From: Candidatus Thorarchaeota archaeon
GTDB taxonomy: Archaea; Asgardarchaeota; Thorarchaeia; Thorarchaeales; Thorarchaeaceae
Length of the DNA stretch: 64,000 nucleotides
Assembly: GCA_029855935.1 (NCBI GenBank)
Contig: JAGSHN010000016.1
Coordinates: 169,527-233,526 of the forward strand
Direction of reading: 5' to 3'
Below the pieces are notes generated by a model. That model was not told the origin of the DNA, ran no database searches, and saw nothing but the letters and a program-made list of their open reading frames with translations. Of this stretch, positions 1 to 10,268 are shown piece by piece (the stretch's first letter is position 1; each line of letters starts with the position of its first letter). The position numbers and the translations under genes were made by a program.

Positions 1-849
1 CATGAACGTTCTCACAATGGGTATGACCACACGGATGACGCCATATGCTGCAGTCTTCGTCATCGCGCCGCTGAGGAGGACCAGCACGGGGATGGGCGCC
101 TCACGGTATGCTGGTGGTGCCCACACGTGCAGTGGGACCAGGCCCAGCTTGATACCGAAGCCCAGGAGGAACACGACTCCAACGACCTTGGCTGTGCTGG
201 CCGCAAGAGGAGCCGTGTACAGCGCCTGAATGTTGAACGTCCCGGTCGCCGAGAAGAGCATCAGTGTGGCGAAGATTGAGATTATTCCTCCGACTGCCGT
301 CCAGACCCAGAACTGGAATGCGTTGCGTGTACGTTCGTCCGCGTCCTCGGAGACACCGTACAGATAGACGAGCAGGAAGGCGGGAATCAGCATCACCTCG
401 TAGAAGAGGAAGAACTGCAGGAGGTCTGTCGCATAGACGACGCCCACCATCGCGGCGACGAACCAGACCATCAGAGAGTAGTACACTCCAGGCCTGTGCA
501 GGTCCCTCATGTAGGCGAAGGAATACACGACCGAGAAGAGGCCCAGGGAGATGATCAGCACCGCCACCGGTGCGCTCAGCCCGTCTCCGAGAAAGCCCAG
601 AGTGACCAGCGGGTGGGTCTCGTCGCCGAGCCACACAATGTCATGGAAGACGGTCGACACATTCACTCTGAGCAGCAGGAGGACATTGAGGGCCAGCGCA
701 CCGAGCAATGAGAGGACCGAGAGCGCCCTTGCGCCTCTCTCCGACCGGGTGCCGACGAGGAGCGTCAGCAGACCGCCGAGAGTGAGGCCGAGTAGCGTGA
801 GTATCATTGGAAAGTCCGACAGGAGCGGGATGTTGACGAGTTGCATCAT
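1..849 (-). CDS. nuoM: NADH-quinone oxidoreductase subunit M-like antiporter-type subunit (3' end runs off the window)
   Basis: Not in the ORF track. Manual translation from ATG at 849: MMQLVNIPLLSDF...LGFLGDGLSAPV...ATDLLQFFLFYEVMLIPAFLLV, matching the NuoM/MrpD DLxxFxxFxE motif. Lies directly downstream of nuoL. Confidence 0.88.
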   Translation of the reverse strand, partial: MMQLVNIPLLSDFPMILTLLGLTLGGLLTLLVGTRSERGARALSVLSLLGALALNVLLLLRVNVSTVFHDIVWLGDETHPLVTLGFLGDGLSAPVAVLIISLGLFSVVYSFAYMRDLHRPGVYYSLMVWFVAAMVGVVYATDLLQFFLFYEVMLIPAFLLVYLYGVSEDADERTRNAFQFWVWTAVGGIISIFATLMLFSATGTFNIQALYTAPLAASTAKVVGVVFLLGFGIKLGLVPLHVWAPPAYREAPIPVLVLLSGAMTKTAAYGVIRVVIPIVRTFM

Positions 850-864
850 CGTGTCTTCAGCCTC

Positions 865-2886
865 CTACAGGAACAGTATCACAAGAAGGAACAGTGCTAT
901 CCCCGCCATCATGGCCAGCACATTGGTGTTCAGTACTCCCGTCATTGTACGCCTCCAGCCGCGCGACACCGAGTCCAGTCCCTCCTGCGTCGTCCTGCTG
1001 AACGCCAGCAGGGCCGACTCAACCCGCCTGTGGAGGCCCCTGCTCAGCCAGAGATAGCCGCCCACGAACACGCGGTTGTACAGCGTGTTGACGTACCACC
1101 TGTTCTTGAGGAACCGTCCGAGAGGGCCGTCACGCAGGCTGGAGAAGTCGCCCTTCCCCCTGTGATAGATGAGGTAGGCCGGTGTTATGCCGACGACCCA
1201 GATCCCCACAGTGAGTAGTGTCAGTGGCCCCATTGCGAAGAGGTGAATGCTCGACCACTCGAACGGATGAATGAGGCTCTCGCCAATGGGGGAGAACGCT
1301 CCGAAGAAGACCAGTTCGAAGAGGCCTCCTCCCAGGGCCAGCGTTGCGAGTACGATGAGCGGGATCCTCATGCTCCAGGGGGCCTCGTGGATGTGATGTC
1401 CGTGGGCCTCCAGCTCCTCGACGTGCGCAGACCGCTTTCCGAAGAAGGTCATGAACACCATCCGGAAGGTGTAGAATGCTGTCAGAATAGCGGTCACAAA
1501 GGCGAGTACGAATAGCCAGAACTGGCCGCCCTCGAGCAGTGCATCGAAGATCATCTCCTTTGACCAGAAGCCTATCGTCGGGAAGACGCCGGCGAGCGCC
1601 AGCGCACCAATCGTGAAAGTCGCTGCGGTGATCTTCATGTTGCTCCACAGACCGCCCATATCACGCATTGACTTGCTCTCGACGGCGTGGAGGACAGAGC
1701 CTGCGGCGAGAAAGAGTAGCGCCTTGAATATCGCGTGAGCAAGCAGATGGAACGTCCCCGCACTGTACGCCGTGACGCTCTCTGCGACGAGCCCTGCGGC
1801 GCCAAGTGCAGTGAACATATAGCCGAGCTGCGAGATTGTGGAGTAGGCCAGCACCTTCTTGATCTCGTCCTGAACTAGCGCCATTGTCGCTGCCATGAAT
1901 GCGGTGAACGCCCCAATCCACGCCACGGTCTGGAAGAAGACAGTGACGCCGACCACATTCACAGTCATGTCGATGAAGACCGGTACAAGCCGCGCGACGA
2001 GATAGACTCCTGCCTTCACCATAGCAGCGGCGTGGATGAGCGCGCTGACAGTGGTGGGGCCTGCCATTGCCTCTGGGAGCCACACGTGTAGCGGAAACTG
2101 AGCGCTCTTTCCTATCGGGCCAGCGAATATCAGCAGAGCGGCAACGGGCAAGAGCTGTGAGAGAGTCACGCCGAGGCCAGCCGCCCACGAGGCATTCCCC
2201 GCGAGCGACTGCAGCTCCACATAGTTGAAGGTGCCAGTGATCATGAACAGGATGAGGATACCAGCCAGCAGCCCTATGTCGCCGACACGCGTGACCATGA
2301 ATGCCTTCATCCCGCAGACAGCATTGTACTCTCCCTCTGTCCTATAGTCGGCGACGGGACTGGGCGCCGTCACGTTGTGCCAGAAGCCAATCAGCGCATA
2401 GGAACACATCCCGACGACCTCCCAGCCGATGAAGGTCATCAGGAGGTTGTCCGCCATCACAAGGAGAATCATCCCGCCGACAAACAGCTGCATGAAGAAG
2501 TAGTACCTCGTCAGACTGGGGTCCTTGACGAGATTACCCTCTGCATCACGGCCAGTCATGTAGCCGATGCTGAACAGGATGATCAGGGAGCCGATCCCTC
2601 CTGCTATGACCGCCAGCAGGACGCTCAGCGGGTCGACAAACACTCCAAAGTCCAGCCTGTAGGGTCCTGCGACCAGCCACGTCAGAAGGACGTAGTCTTG
2701 AGCCTCAGGATGGAGGACCATCGATGCGGTCAGGTCAAGAGCGAGAAATGCCGTCGCAAACCCCACGAGGACTGCCATTGCATCGCGGACTGTCCCTCCG
2801 ATGCGCGCGAAGACGGGTGTCAGTACTGCGCCCACGAGCGGGACAACAAAGACAAGCCAGGCGGCGAGTTCCACTGGGACAATCAA
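865..2886 (-). CDS. nuoL: NADH-quinone oxidoreductase subunit L (NuoL/MrpA/FpoL-like)
   Basis: Motifs GWEVVGMCSYALIGFW, KAFMVTRVGD, GKSAQFPLHVWLPEAMAGPTTVSALIHAA, KKVLAYSTISQLG, HAIFKALLFL. Start placed at the TTG overlapping the nuoK stop; the ORF track extends to 2988. Confidence 0.95.
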   Translation of the reverse strand: MIVPVELAAWLVFVVPLVGAVLTPVFARIGGTVRDAMAVLVGFATAFLALDLTASMVLHPEAQDYVLLTWLVAGPYRLDFGVFVDPLSVLLAVIAGGIGSLIILFSIGYMTGRDAEGNLVKDPSLTRYYFFMQLFVGGMILLVMADNLLMTFIGWEVVGMCSYALIGFWHNVTAPSPVADYRTEGEYNAVCGMKAFMVTRVGDIGLLAGILILFMITGTFNYVELQSLAGNASWAAGLGVTLSQLLPVAALLIFAGPIGKSAQFPLHVWLPEAMAGPTTVSALIHAAAMVKAGVYLVARLVPVFIDMTVNVVGVTVFFQTVAWIGAFTAFMAATMALVQDEIKKVLAYSTISQLGYMFTALGAAGLVAESVTAYSAGTFHLLAHAIFKALLFLAAGSVLHAVESKSMRDMGGLWSNMKITAATFTIGALALAGVFPTIGFWSKEMIFDALLEGGQFWLFVLAFVTAILTAFYTFRMVFMTFFGKRSAHVEELEAHGHHIHEAPWSMRIPLIVLATLALGGGLFELVFFGAFSPIGESLIHPFEWSSIHLFAMGPLTLLTVGIWVVGITPAYLIYHRGKGDFSSLRDGPLGRFLKNRWYVNTLYNRVFVGGYLWLSRGLHRRVESALLAFSRTTQEGLDSVSRGWRRTMTGVLNTNVLAMMAGIALFLLVILFL

Positions 2887-3212
2887 CCCTTCAACCTCCT
2901 CAGTTCGCGGATGTCCAAGGTTCCATAGTGTCTGTAGGCGTTGACGATCAGGCTCAGGGCGATGGCCGCTATCGCTCCCCCGATACATATCGAGACTATG
3001 ACGAAGACCTGCACCATCGGGTCAATGGGCCCAAGAACAGACGGACTGCTCGTGAATGCGCCCAGTGCAAGGAAATTGAGATTGGCCGCAGCCACGAGAA
3101 TCTCTATGCCGATGACGAGCTTGATCATATTCCGAGCGCTGGCGAGTGTGTATACACCGAGCAGATACATCAGCAGCGCGAAGATGAGATAGATGTGCAG
3201 CATCTCAAGCAT
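2883..3212 (-). CDS. nuoK: NADH-quinone oxidoreductase subunit K
   Basis: RNMIKLVIGIEILVAAANLNF and YRHYGTLDI...L.G motifs; three hydrophobic segments; start at MLEMLH. Confidence 0.9.
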   Translation of the reverse strand: MLEMLHIYLIFALLMYLLGVYTLASARNMIKLVIGIEILVAAANLNFLALGAFTSSPSVLGPIDPMVQVFVIVSICIGGAIAAIALSLIVNAYRHYGTLDIRELRRLKG

Positions 3213-3214
3213 AC

Positions 3215-3499
3215 TCACTCCACCTCCTCCCTGTCCCTGTTGTGGTCCCTCATGGACCGAAACATTGCGGACGCTCCGACGACAGCCGCGAGCAGCAGTG
3301 TCGCCTGCACCAGCACATCCACGACACGGAAGGACCAGAGCCACTCCCCTATTGTGGTACCAATCTGGTCCCACGCATCAGGCGACAGGAGCGGCCCTGC
3401 AGGCGCGCCGAGAGAGAAGATGCTGAAGTCGACCAGTCGGCTACCTACGAGGACAACGATGACAAGAGAAAGCAGGAATGCCGCAGCCCTGTATCGCAT
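3215..3499 (-). CDS. NuoJ C-terminal half-like membrane subunit
   Basis: IGEWLWSFRVVDVLVQATLLLAAVVGA resembles the NuoJ C-terminus (IGxxLFxxYxxxFExxSxLLLxAxVGA); lies between the N-half and nuoK. Confidence 0.7.
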   Translation of the reverse strand: MRYRAAAFLLSLVIVVLVGSRLVDFSIFSLGAPAGPLLSPDAWDQIGTTIGEWLWSFRVVDVLVQATLLLAAVVGASAMFRSMRDHNRDREEVE

Positions 3500-3795
3500 C
3501 AGGCTGTCACCTCCGTGCCAGACTCATCCTCTGGGACACCAGCAGCCTCCTCCGGTGTCGCCAGGCTCATTGTGGCGAGGAAGAGTATCGCTATCGCTCC
3601 AGAGAACACGCTGAAGTTGAACACGGCCACATAGGGTGCGCCGAGGACAAAGTAGAGCAGGCTGAGAAGGCCATTGCCCACTGCAAAGGCGATGATTGCA
3701 AGGGCAAGCCTTCGATGCTCCACTGCCACGACGAGAAACCCTAGAGCCAAGACCAGAATTGCCAGTTGGACGAACTCCAAGGGTTGCGATATCAT
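3499..3795 (-). CDS. NuoJ N-terminal half-like (DUF4040/MnhB-like) membrane subunit
   Basis: LYFVLGAPYVAVFNFSVFSGAIAILFL matches the NuoJ N-terminal pattern; first gene of the operon. Confidence 0.75.
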   Translation of the reverse strand: MISQPLEFVQLAILVLALGFLVVAVEHRRLALAIIAFAVGNGLLSLLYFVLGAPYVAVFNFSVFSGAIAILFLATMSLATPEEAAGVPEDESGTEVTA

Positions 3796-3848
3796 ATCTG
3801 ACTCCCGCCAGCACTCTTTCCTAGGGGACGCGCCGACCCGCAGGTGAG

Positions 3849-3867
3849 CCGTCTATAAATGTGACGG
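3849..3867 (-). promoter_or_regulatory. Candidate TATA box of the nuo operon flanked by a 5-bp inverted repeat
   Basis: CCGTC-TATAAATGT-GACGG; reads TTTATA on the minus strand about 60 bp upstream of the first nuo ATG. Confidence 0.4.
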
Positions 3868-4025
3868 AGCAGGAACTGCGTGCCCCACCCCCTCATAGAA
3901 CGGGTCGTCCTCTCATATGGCTGTGACTACTGTCCGGTCTGCCCACAGTTTCTTGCTGACTTGCGGGCGTGGGGTGACAACGGTTATAGGTGAGCTCTCT
4001 GCCAATCGGTCAGAGGTCGCTTCAT

Positions 4026-4976
4026 ATGGCGAGGAAGGCTCTTGTCACTGGCGCAGCAGGATTCATTGGCAGCAACCTTGCGGATCGCCTCATTGAGCAG
4101 GGCTATTCGGTGATTGGCATAGACAACCTCAGAACAGGGACCATGTCCAACCTCGAACAGGCTACTCGTCATCCCAACTTTGAGTTCATCCGCGCCGACA
4201 TCTGTGACACTGACCTGCTAGGGTTCGCGTCGGACAACATCGATGTGGTCTTTCATCTCGCTGCGATATCATCTGTCGCGCAGAGCGTGGAGGACCCTCT
4301 CTCAGTCAACGAGACCAATGTCAACGGCACGGTAAATGTCCTGCGTCACGCGGTGGATCACGGTGTACGACGCTTTGTCTTCATCTCCAGCGCCGCGGTC
4401 TATGGACAGCCCTCCTCCCTGCCTGTCACTGAGGATGCCCCCATCCGTGCGATGAGCCCCTATGGCGCGTCGAAGATTGCTGGCGAGCAGTACGTGCGGG
4501 CGTTCAAGACAACCTACGGGATGGAGACAGTCATCCTCAGGTACTTCAATGTCTATGGTCCGAGACAGGCCCTCTCTGAGTACAGCGGTGTGGTCTCGAT
4601 CTTCATCAACCGGGCACTGCACGACGAGCCTCTGACGATATACGGTGATGGTCTTCAGACACGCACTCTGATCTTTGTCGACGACGTGACGGAATACACA
4701 ATGCGTGCAGCGGAGGTCTCCGAGGCCGACGGTGCAGTGCTCAACATCTGTGGTCCTGATGCCCTACGTGTGATCGACATCGCAGAGACCATCCTACGAC
4801 TGATTCCCGAGTCGCGCTCGGAGATCAGATACGCGCCAGCCCGCCCCGGCGACATTCGTGAGAGCGTCGGGTCGCTGGACCTCGCCTGCAAGGTCCTTGG
4901 GTACAGTCCTGTCACGGCCTTCGAGGATGGAATATCAAGGACTATCCAGTGGTACAGAGAGCTCCACCGTCGGTGA
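4026..4976 (+). CDS. NAD-dependent nucleotide-sugar epimerase/dehydratase (GalE/WcaG-like)
   Basis: TGAAGFIG, YGASK, LRYFNVYGPRQ motifs. Confidence 0.92.
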   Translation: MARKALVTGAAGFIGSNLADRLIEQGYSVIGIDNLRTGTMSNLEQATRHPNFEFIRADICDTDLLGFASDNIDVVFHLAAISSVAQSVEDPLSVNETNVNGTVNVLRHAVDHGVRRFVFISSAAVYGQPSSLPVTEDAPIRAMSPYGASKIAGEQYVRAFKTTYGMETVILRYFNVYGPRQALSEYSGVVSIFINRALHDEPLTIYGDGLQTRTLIFVDDVTEYTMRAAEVSEADGAVLNICGPDALRVIDIAETILRLIPESRSEIRYAPARPGDIRESVGSLDLACKVLGYSPVTAFEDGISRTIQWYRELHRR

Positions 4977-5049
4977 GCAGCGAGCAGAGTGGCACTGCCC
5001 CTCGGGGTGCCCGTCCTCCGTCCGAGCCCCAGAATGTTGGTCACTCCGA

Positions 5050-5628
5050 ATGACTTATCTGCGGACTGCTGGCGCCACGCCCGCGACAAGATTCAGCGAA
5101 TCACAACGACGTGACCACTACTGGAGGTGGACAGCAACGAGCAACACATCATTCGAGGTACACATCGAGTGCGCAGAGAGTCCAATGGCGCTGACAACAG
5201 CGCTCGGGCCTGACAACACTGTCGTTGTCACTCCTCCCGATGCCGTTGGCAACGTCTCGGGGGCGACCTGCCCGCACAATCTGTTTCTCGCGTCCATAGG
5301 GACGTGCATCAATCTCGTGTTCCAGGCTGCACTGCGGCGGGGTCGTGTCCCTGCCGAGGATGTGCGCAGTGTCGTGACTGGAGTGTACGAGCGCGATGAG
5401 TCGACCGGACGCAGCCGGTTCGTCAGAGTGGAGGTCAGGACGACAGTGGTCGTCTCTGAGGGCATCAGCGAGAGGCGCGTCCGTCACCTGTACGATCTGG
5501 CGTGTCGGAACTGTCCGATTGGAAACACGCTTGAGGGCGCGAGGCTGGCCCTTGAGGAACACTTGGAGATCGTCTATGCTCCTCAACTGAGCGCAGAGAC
5601 TAGGTCAGAGGCAGGCCAGACCGCGTGA
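5050..5628 (+). CDS. OsmC/Ohr family protein
   Basis: PHNLFLASIGTC and ACRNCPIGNTL carry the two conserved Cys; start uncertain. Confidence 0.75.
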   Translation: MTYLRTAGATPATRFSESQRRDHYWRWTATSNTSFEVHIECAESPMALTTALGPDNTVVVTPPDAVGNVSGATCPHNLFLASIGTCINLVFQAALRRGRVPAEDVRSVVTGVYERDESTGRSRFVRVEVRTTVVVSEGISERRVRHLYDLACRNCPIGNTLEGARLALEEHLEIVYAPQLSAETRSEAGQTA

Positions 5629-5684
5629 GCCCGCTGCGTCGACGCTCTCACTACTCACAGACACCGGGGCTGGAGTGGGCGTCA

Positions 5685-8600
5685 TCACGTCGCTGTGAGG
5701 AACAGCGAGACTTGGTCGACCACGCCCTCCTCGGTCCTCAGCGTCACCAGCACCATATACGTCGCAGTGACCACCCCCTGAGGAAGCGTGACCGAGATGA
5801 GCGGGCTCGTCCCGTAGACATCGCCCGGACCGACGGTACCTATGCTCAACGTGTAGGTCGTATTCGTGGGATAGACTGTTGGCGTGATCTCCGTACCGTG
5901 CCAGACGACCGAGAAGTCGCCCGTGAGAACTGAGATGTCCACGTAGAGGTCGTGGCTCACGTTGTCGTTGTTGCGAAGCATCATCACAAGCTGGGAGTAC
6001 TCACCTGATGTGATCGTTGCCGGGTCGAAATGCGCAGAGTCGATGCCTACCTGCCCCTCACCGACACCGGTCTGGTTCAGGAGGCCGAACATACGATAGT
6101 ACGCCTCCACCACGTTGGCCCCCAGCTGGACACGCTCTCCGGTCTCGGCATCAACCAGTCCCACGCCACCGAGCTTCTCAATGACCCTGTTGCTGGATGT
6201 CTGTACCTCGAGAAAGACGGGTATCACATAAAACAGGTCACCGCCGAGATGATACAGCAGCCTGTTGCCGAATCTATGCGCGCCCCACAGCTGGAGATGC
6301 GTCCTCACATCGTCGTTCGTCTCGAAGGCCTGCACTGCTGCGGAGGGCCCCAGAAGCGTCGACTGGCCGACCTGTCCTGAGCCGTAGAAGACGAGCTGAC
6401 CGAAGTTCTTGTTGCCACAGCCCATCACGTATATGCCAGCCAGATTCCGTCCCGCTGAGTCTCTGAACTCGGCATTGTGCATCGCAACGAACCTGTCCTG
6501 TCCAGCAATGCGCATGATGATGTATCGTGTGTCAGACCCCGCAGGTGACTCGTGAAAGTCGACTCCGCTCCTGAACACGAAGCCGTCCCGGACGTGATAG
6601 ATGTATGCCACATCGAGTTGCCTCTCATAGAGGTCCTCCGGCCATCTGATCTGTGACTGCAGCCAGTCAGGGGTCTCCCGCCAGGGATAGTATTCCCTGT
6701 ACGTCCGATCGATGAAGAATGGCTCCTCGCCATCATCGCGCGGAGCATAGAACGTCAGGTAACCACTGGTCGTATCCACGAGGACAACACCCATGAAACG
6801 CATGTACCTCTCGTGAGCATAGCCCGTGGACAGCGGGTAGTCGGCATAGACGGAGACCGCGTAGTAGAGATTGCCCGACGGGTCGACAACAATGTACGGA
6901 TCGGAGTCGGTCTCTAGGCCCTGCAGCAGTATTGACTGTACCCGCATACGCACATCGCGCGCGACAAGCATATCCAAGTCCCGACCCATGAACGACCACG
7001 CATCGGGACCCAGAGTGAATATGAAGAATGTCGATTCGAAGCCTGTGAGGGTGTAGTCAGGTGTGCCCTCAAAGGAGTAGTTTCCGACCTCCTCGAAGCC
7101 GGGGACATTGACGAACACGGGATGCGAGAATCCCGCGCCCTCTCCGTAGTAGAAGTTGATCGGGGCGGAGCGGTTGAGCAGCACGGTCAGGTCTATGTGC
7201 TCCACGATGTCACCGCTGTACGCGTTGAGTACGACCAGCCCCTCGGTGTGCGTGTAGTACAGGTACTGGTTGATGAAGTTCCCTGCAATGGAGTCGTAGT
7301 CGAACGTGAGCGGCGCTATCCAGTACTCGTGTCCCTTGAGATAGACGATGTCCGAGTCTGCCAGTTGCATCCAGTTCGTGCCTATCTGGTTCTTCATACG
7401 GAGATAGCTGGCCACCTGATCCCACTGTCGGACGGTGGTGAGGAACTCCACCTCGCTCTCAGGCGTGGCGTTCGACGTAAGGTCGTCGAGCGTCTTCATC
7501 TGCATGTCCTGGACTCCGGCGGCCCAGTTGGTGATGGCAATCTCCTTCTTGGTCTCGTAGTTGAACTTCCACTCTATGTACTTGTCACCAGACATCTGGA
7601 CACCATAGTAGACGGCCTGAATCACTGGTAGCATCGCCACCACAATGATGAGAACTATGGCGATCCCTGCGAAGCGTCGTGGGGACTCCGGCACGGGCAG
7701 GAACCTCGCCACCTTCAGACGGGAGAGCTCCTTGCGAACGACTGACCGGTCCTGCATAAGCAGGCCGAGACGATGAGTATACTCCTCCTTTGAGATACGC
7801 CCCTCCTCGTAGTCCGACCGCAGCATCCCCATCTCGCTCTCGAGTCGGACGAGGTCGTCCTGCAGCTGCGCGATCTTGATCTTCGTCCTTCTCTGCGCGG
7901 GGCCAGCCCGGATCCTCATTATCAGAAAGATGACAGTCCCCACGATTGAGGCACCGAGCGCGATTATCAGAGCGAGATAGCTCATCCACGTGCCGGCATT
8001 GACGGTCCAAGTGGGGACAGCCAGTATCTCCATTGTCAGACTGAGCGATACTATCACGAGTATCGTTGAGATCATCACGTAGGAGTCCTTCTTCTCGTGC
8101 ATCACCTGTGCTGCAAGATAGAGGCCAAAGCGGCCAGCGGTCGTCACCAGGAGGGTGTCGATCAGCCCGACGTACAGCTGATAGGCCTCCATTGCGGGGA
8201 TGAGGCCTATTACAGAGTCCGAGGAAACTCCCGGACTGAAGGGCAGAGAGAACAGGGTGACCACCTGCGACGAAGTGACATGTATTGACCCGTCGCCCAT
8301 CAGCATCATCAGGAAGGCCACGTTCTGACCTGTGATGGCCCGGCCACCCATCGAGACATAGAAGGCAAACAGCATCACAGCCTCAAAGACTCTCCACACA
8401 ATGGCCTGCCGCGTCTCGAGGCGGACCACACCGTGGCCGTGAGGTGTCAGGCTGGTGAGAAATGTGATGAACATCGATCTCTGTGGCAGCGTTATCATGC
8501 TCAGAATGGTCAGCAGGGCTGCTGCATAGAAGATGTTGTTACGTAGAGTCCACGTTGCCCAGTAGTCGACCCCTGCCTTTGTGGCGTAGGTGTTCTCGTA

Positions 8601-8699
8601 TATGGTCTGCGAGAGCCACCATCCGTAGAAAGCGCCTGCCGCTACAAGAAGAGTGACGACCGCCAGAATCAGCATAGGTAGTAGCGCTCGGACCTTCAC
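5685..8699 (-). CDS. UPF0182 family membrane protein with coiled-coil insertion and C-terminal beta domain
   Basis: N-terminal multi-TM region; VRQWD, YLYYTHTEG, DSDPYIVV, IRWPEDLY motifs typical of UPF0182. Confidence 0.8.
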   Translation of the reverse strand: MKVRALLPMLILAVVTLLVAAGAFYGWWLSQTIYENTYATKAGVDYWATWTLRNNIFYAAALLTILSMITLPQRSMFITFLTSLTPHGHGVVRLETRQAIVWRVFEAVMLFAFYVSMGGRAITGQNVAFLMMLMGDGSIHVTSSQVVTLFSLPFSPGVSSDSVIGLIPAMEAYQLYVGLIDTLLVTTAGRFGLYLAAQVMHEKKDSYVMISTILVIVSLSLTMEILAVPTWTVNAGTWMSYLALIIALGASIVGTVIFLIMRIRAGPAQRRTKIKIAQLQDDLVRLESEMGMLRSDYEEGRISKEEYTHRLGLLMQDRSVVRKELSRLKVARFLPVPESPRRFAGIAIVLIIVVAMLPVIQAVYYGVQMSGDKYIEWKFNYETKKEIAITNWAAGVQDMQMKTLDDLTSNATPESEVEFLTTVRQWDQVASYLRMKNQIGTNWMQLADSDIVYLKGHEYWIAPLTFDYDSIAGNFINQYLYYTHTEGLVVLNAYSGDIVEHIDLTVLLNRSAPINFYYGEGAGFSHPVFVNVPGFEEVGNYSFEGTPDYTLTGFESTFFIFTLGPDAWSFMGRDLDMLVARDVRMRVQSILLQGLETDSDPYIVVDPSGNLYYAVSVYADYPLSTGYAHERYMRFMGVVLVDTTSGYLTFYAPRDDGEEPFFIDRTYREYYPWRETPDWLQSQIRWPEDLYERQLDVAYIYHVRDGFVFRSGVDFHESPAGSDTRYIIMRIAGQDRFVAMHNAEFRDSAGRNLAGIYVMGCGNKNFGQLVFYGSGQVGQSTLLGPSAAVQAFETNDDVRTHLQLWGAHRFGNRLLYHLGGDLFYVIPVFLEVQTSSNRVIEKLGGVGLVDAETGERVQLGANVVEAYYRMFGLLNQTGVGEGQVGIDSAHFDPATITSGEYSQLVMMLRNNDNVSHDLYVDISVLTGDFSVVWHGTEITPTVYPTNTTYTLSIGTVGPGDVYGTSPLISVTLPQGVVTATYMVLVTLRTEEGVVDQVSLFLTAT

Positions 8700-8839
8700 A
8701 TCGTCCCACCTTTGTGGTTCCCCATCATATCAGCCGCACCAACTTATGACCGTTGCGGCCAGAGTGGCTCTCAATCCGTGCAACGCCACATCTCCGCGAG
8801 TCTGTGTTCTGAGGACACACAACGTTGTCAAGCAACCGC

Positions 8840-10120
8840 CTAGTTGGTCCGACGCAGGACCCTGACGCACTCGCGCAGGAAGACATCTGCAAGATGGTCC
8901 CACGAGTACCCCCTCTCGACAATTGCCCGTGCCTCTGCTCCAAGCCGCGAGCGGAGTTCGTCATCCCTGCACAGCCGGATGACCGCCTCGCAGAGCGCGT
9001 TGCCATCGCCCGGCGGGACAAGGATGCCTCCTCCACTGCTCAGCACCTCAGCAGTACCCGACACCGACGTCGCCACGATGGCCGTTCCCGCTGCCATATA
9101 CTCGAACAGCTTCAGGGGTGAGGCCGCGTGAGCCACGGGGCTGTCCGGGAAGAGGCATAGTGCCACATCTGCTGCTGCTGTGAACTTTGGCATCTCTTCG
9201 TGAGGGTGCAGCCCGGCGTGGATCAGCATATGTCCGAGATTGCTGCTGACGAGTCTGTCAAACAACTCAACGATTGACTCCCCGGAGCCCACGAGTAGGA
9301 TCCTCGAGTCGGGGTACTCCCTGTCAAGTCGCGCAGCGAGGTCGTACATCAGTGAGACGCCCGCCCACTCCTCAAGGTGTCCCGAGAAGAGGATGACTCG
9401 CAGGCCCTCCAGATGATACCGGCGCCTCACGGTACTTGTGTCGACATCTGGTGAGAACTCGTGCGGGTCGACCCCGTTCGGGATGACGACGATCTTGTCT
9501 GTGGGGACTCCTGCGTGGATGAGGAGCCGTCTGAGATAGTGCGTAACTGTGAAGACCCGGTCTGACCACTTGTACAGCTGCGTCTCCAGAACGTGAAGCA
9601 GCATCGGCCCGAGGCTGTGCATCGAGGTGCCGAGCAGGCCTGCTGCGTAGGCGCTCATCCAATCAGGACAGCCCATGAACAGCCTGCGAAGTGTGAGGCG
9701 CGCCGACAGGAGTGCGACAACTCCCAGCAGCGGTGTGGCATGAGCAGAGATGATGAGGTCGGAGTTGTGGCGCAGAATCGGTCGGATGGAGTACGCGGTG
9801 AACAACAGAATGGTGATGAGGAGGGCGATGATGCGACTGCGTTTCCAGAGTCCCTCGAGCCGTCGTCCGACCAGAAGATAGTGCGCGGTGATGTTGGGAT
9901 GGACCTGTGGCGGGGGTCTCGACCAGTGCTTCTTGTACTCCCAGTCATCAGGACGCCCGCCGAGAAGATAGCGCAGTGGCTGTGTGGCAATGAACTGTAC
10001 TCTGACGTCACGAGCGGCAGCCCGCTTTGCGAGCTCGAAGACCGACCGGTCGGATCCGAGGTACGGTGGGAAATGCTCGACGAACACGGTCACCCTTCGA
10101 ACGCCAGTACTACGGGCCAA
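8840..10120 (-). CDS. Glycosyltransferase family 4 (GT-B)
   Basis: VIPNGVD and SPLKLFEYMAAGTAIVAT motifs. Confidence 0.92.
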   Translation of the reverse strand: MARSTGVRRVTVFVEHFPPYLGSDRSVFELAKRAAARDVRVQFIATQPLRYLLGGRPDDWEYKKHWSRPPPQVHPNITAHYLLVGRRLEGLWKRSRIIALLITILLFTAYSIRPILRHNSDLIISAHATPLLGVVALLSARLTLRRLFMGCPDWMSAYAAGLLGTSMHSLGPMLLHVLETQLYKWSDRVFTVTHYLRRLLIHAGVPTDKIVVIPNGVDPHEFSPDVDTSTVRRRYHLEGLRVILFSGHLEEWAGVSLMYDLAARLDREYPDSRILLVGSGESIVELFDRLVSSNLGHMLIHAGLHPHEEMPKFTAAADVALCLFPDSPVAHAASPLKLFEYMAAGTAIVATSVSGTAEVLSSGGGILVPPGDGNALCEAVIRLCRDDELRSRLGAEARAIVERGYSWDHLADVFLRECVRVLRRTN

Positions 10121-10268
10121 TATCCTCGCCTCTCACAACCCGCCGCCCGCCAGTCTGTGGCGTTGTCGCGGTGGTGTCTCTGCGGGCAACGAGAGCAGCT
10201 CTGCGACTCAGTGCCGTCTTCCACATATATCTTGCGAGTCCAGAGGGAATGGCTGCGACCGTTGTCGC

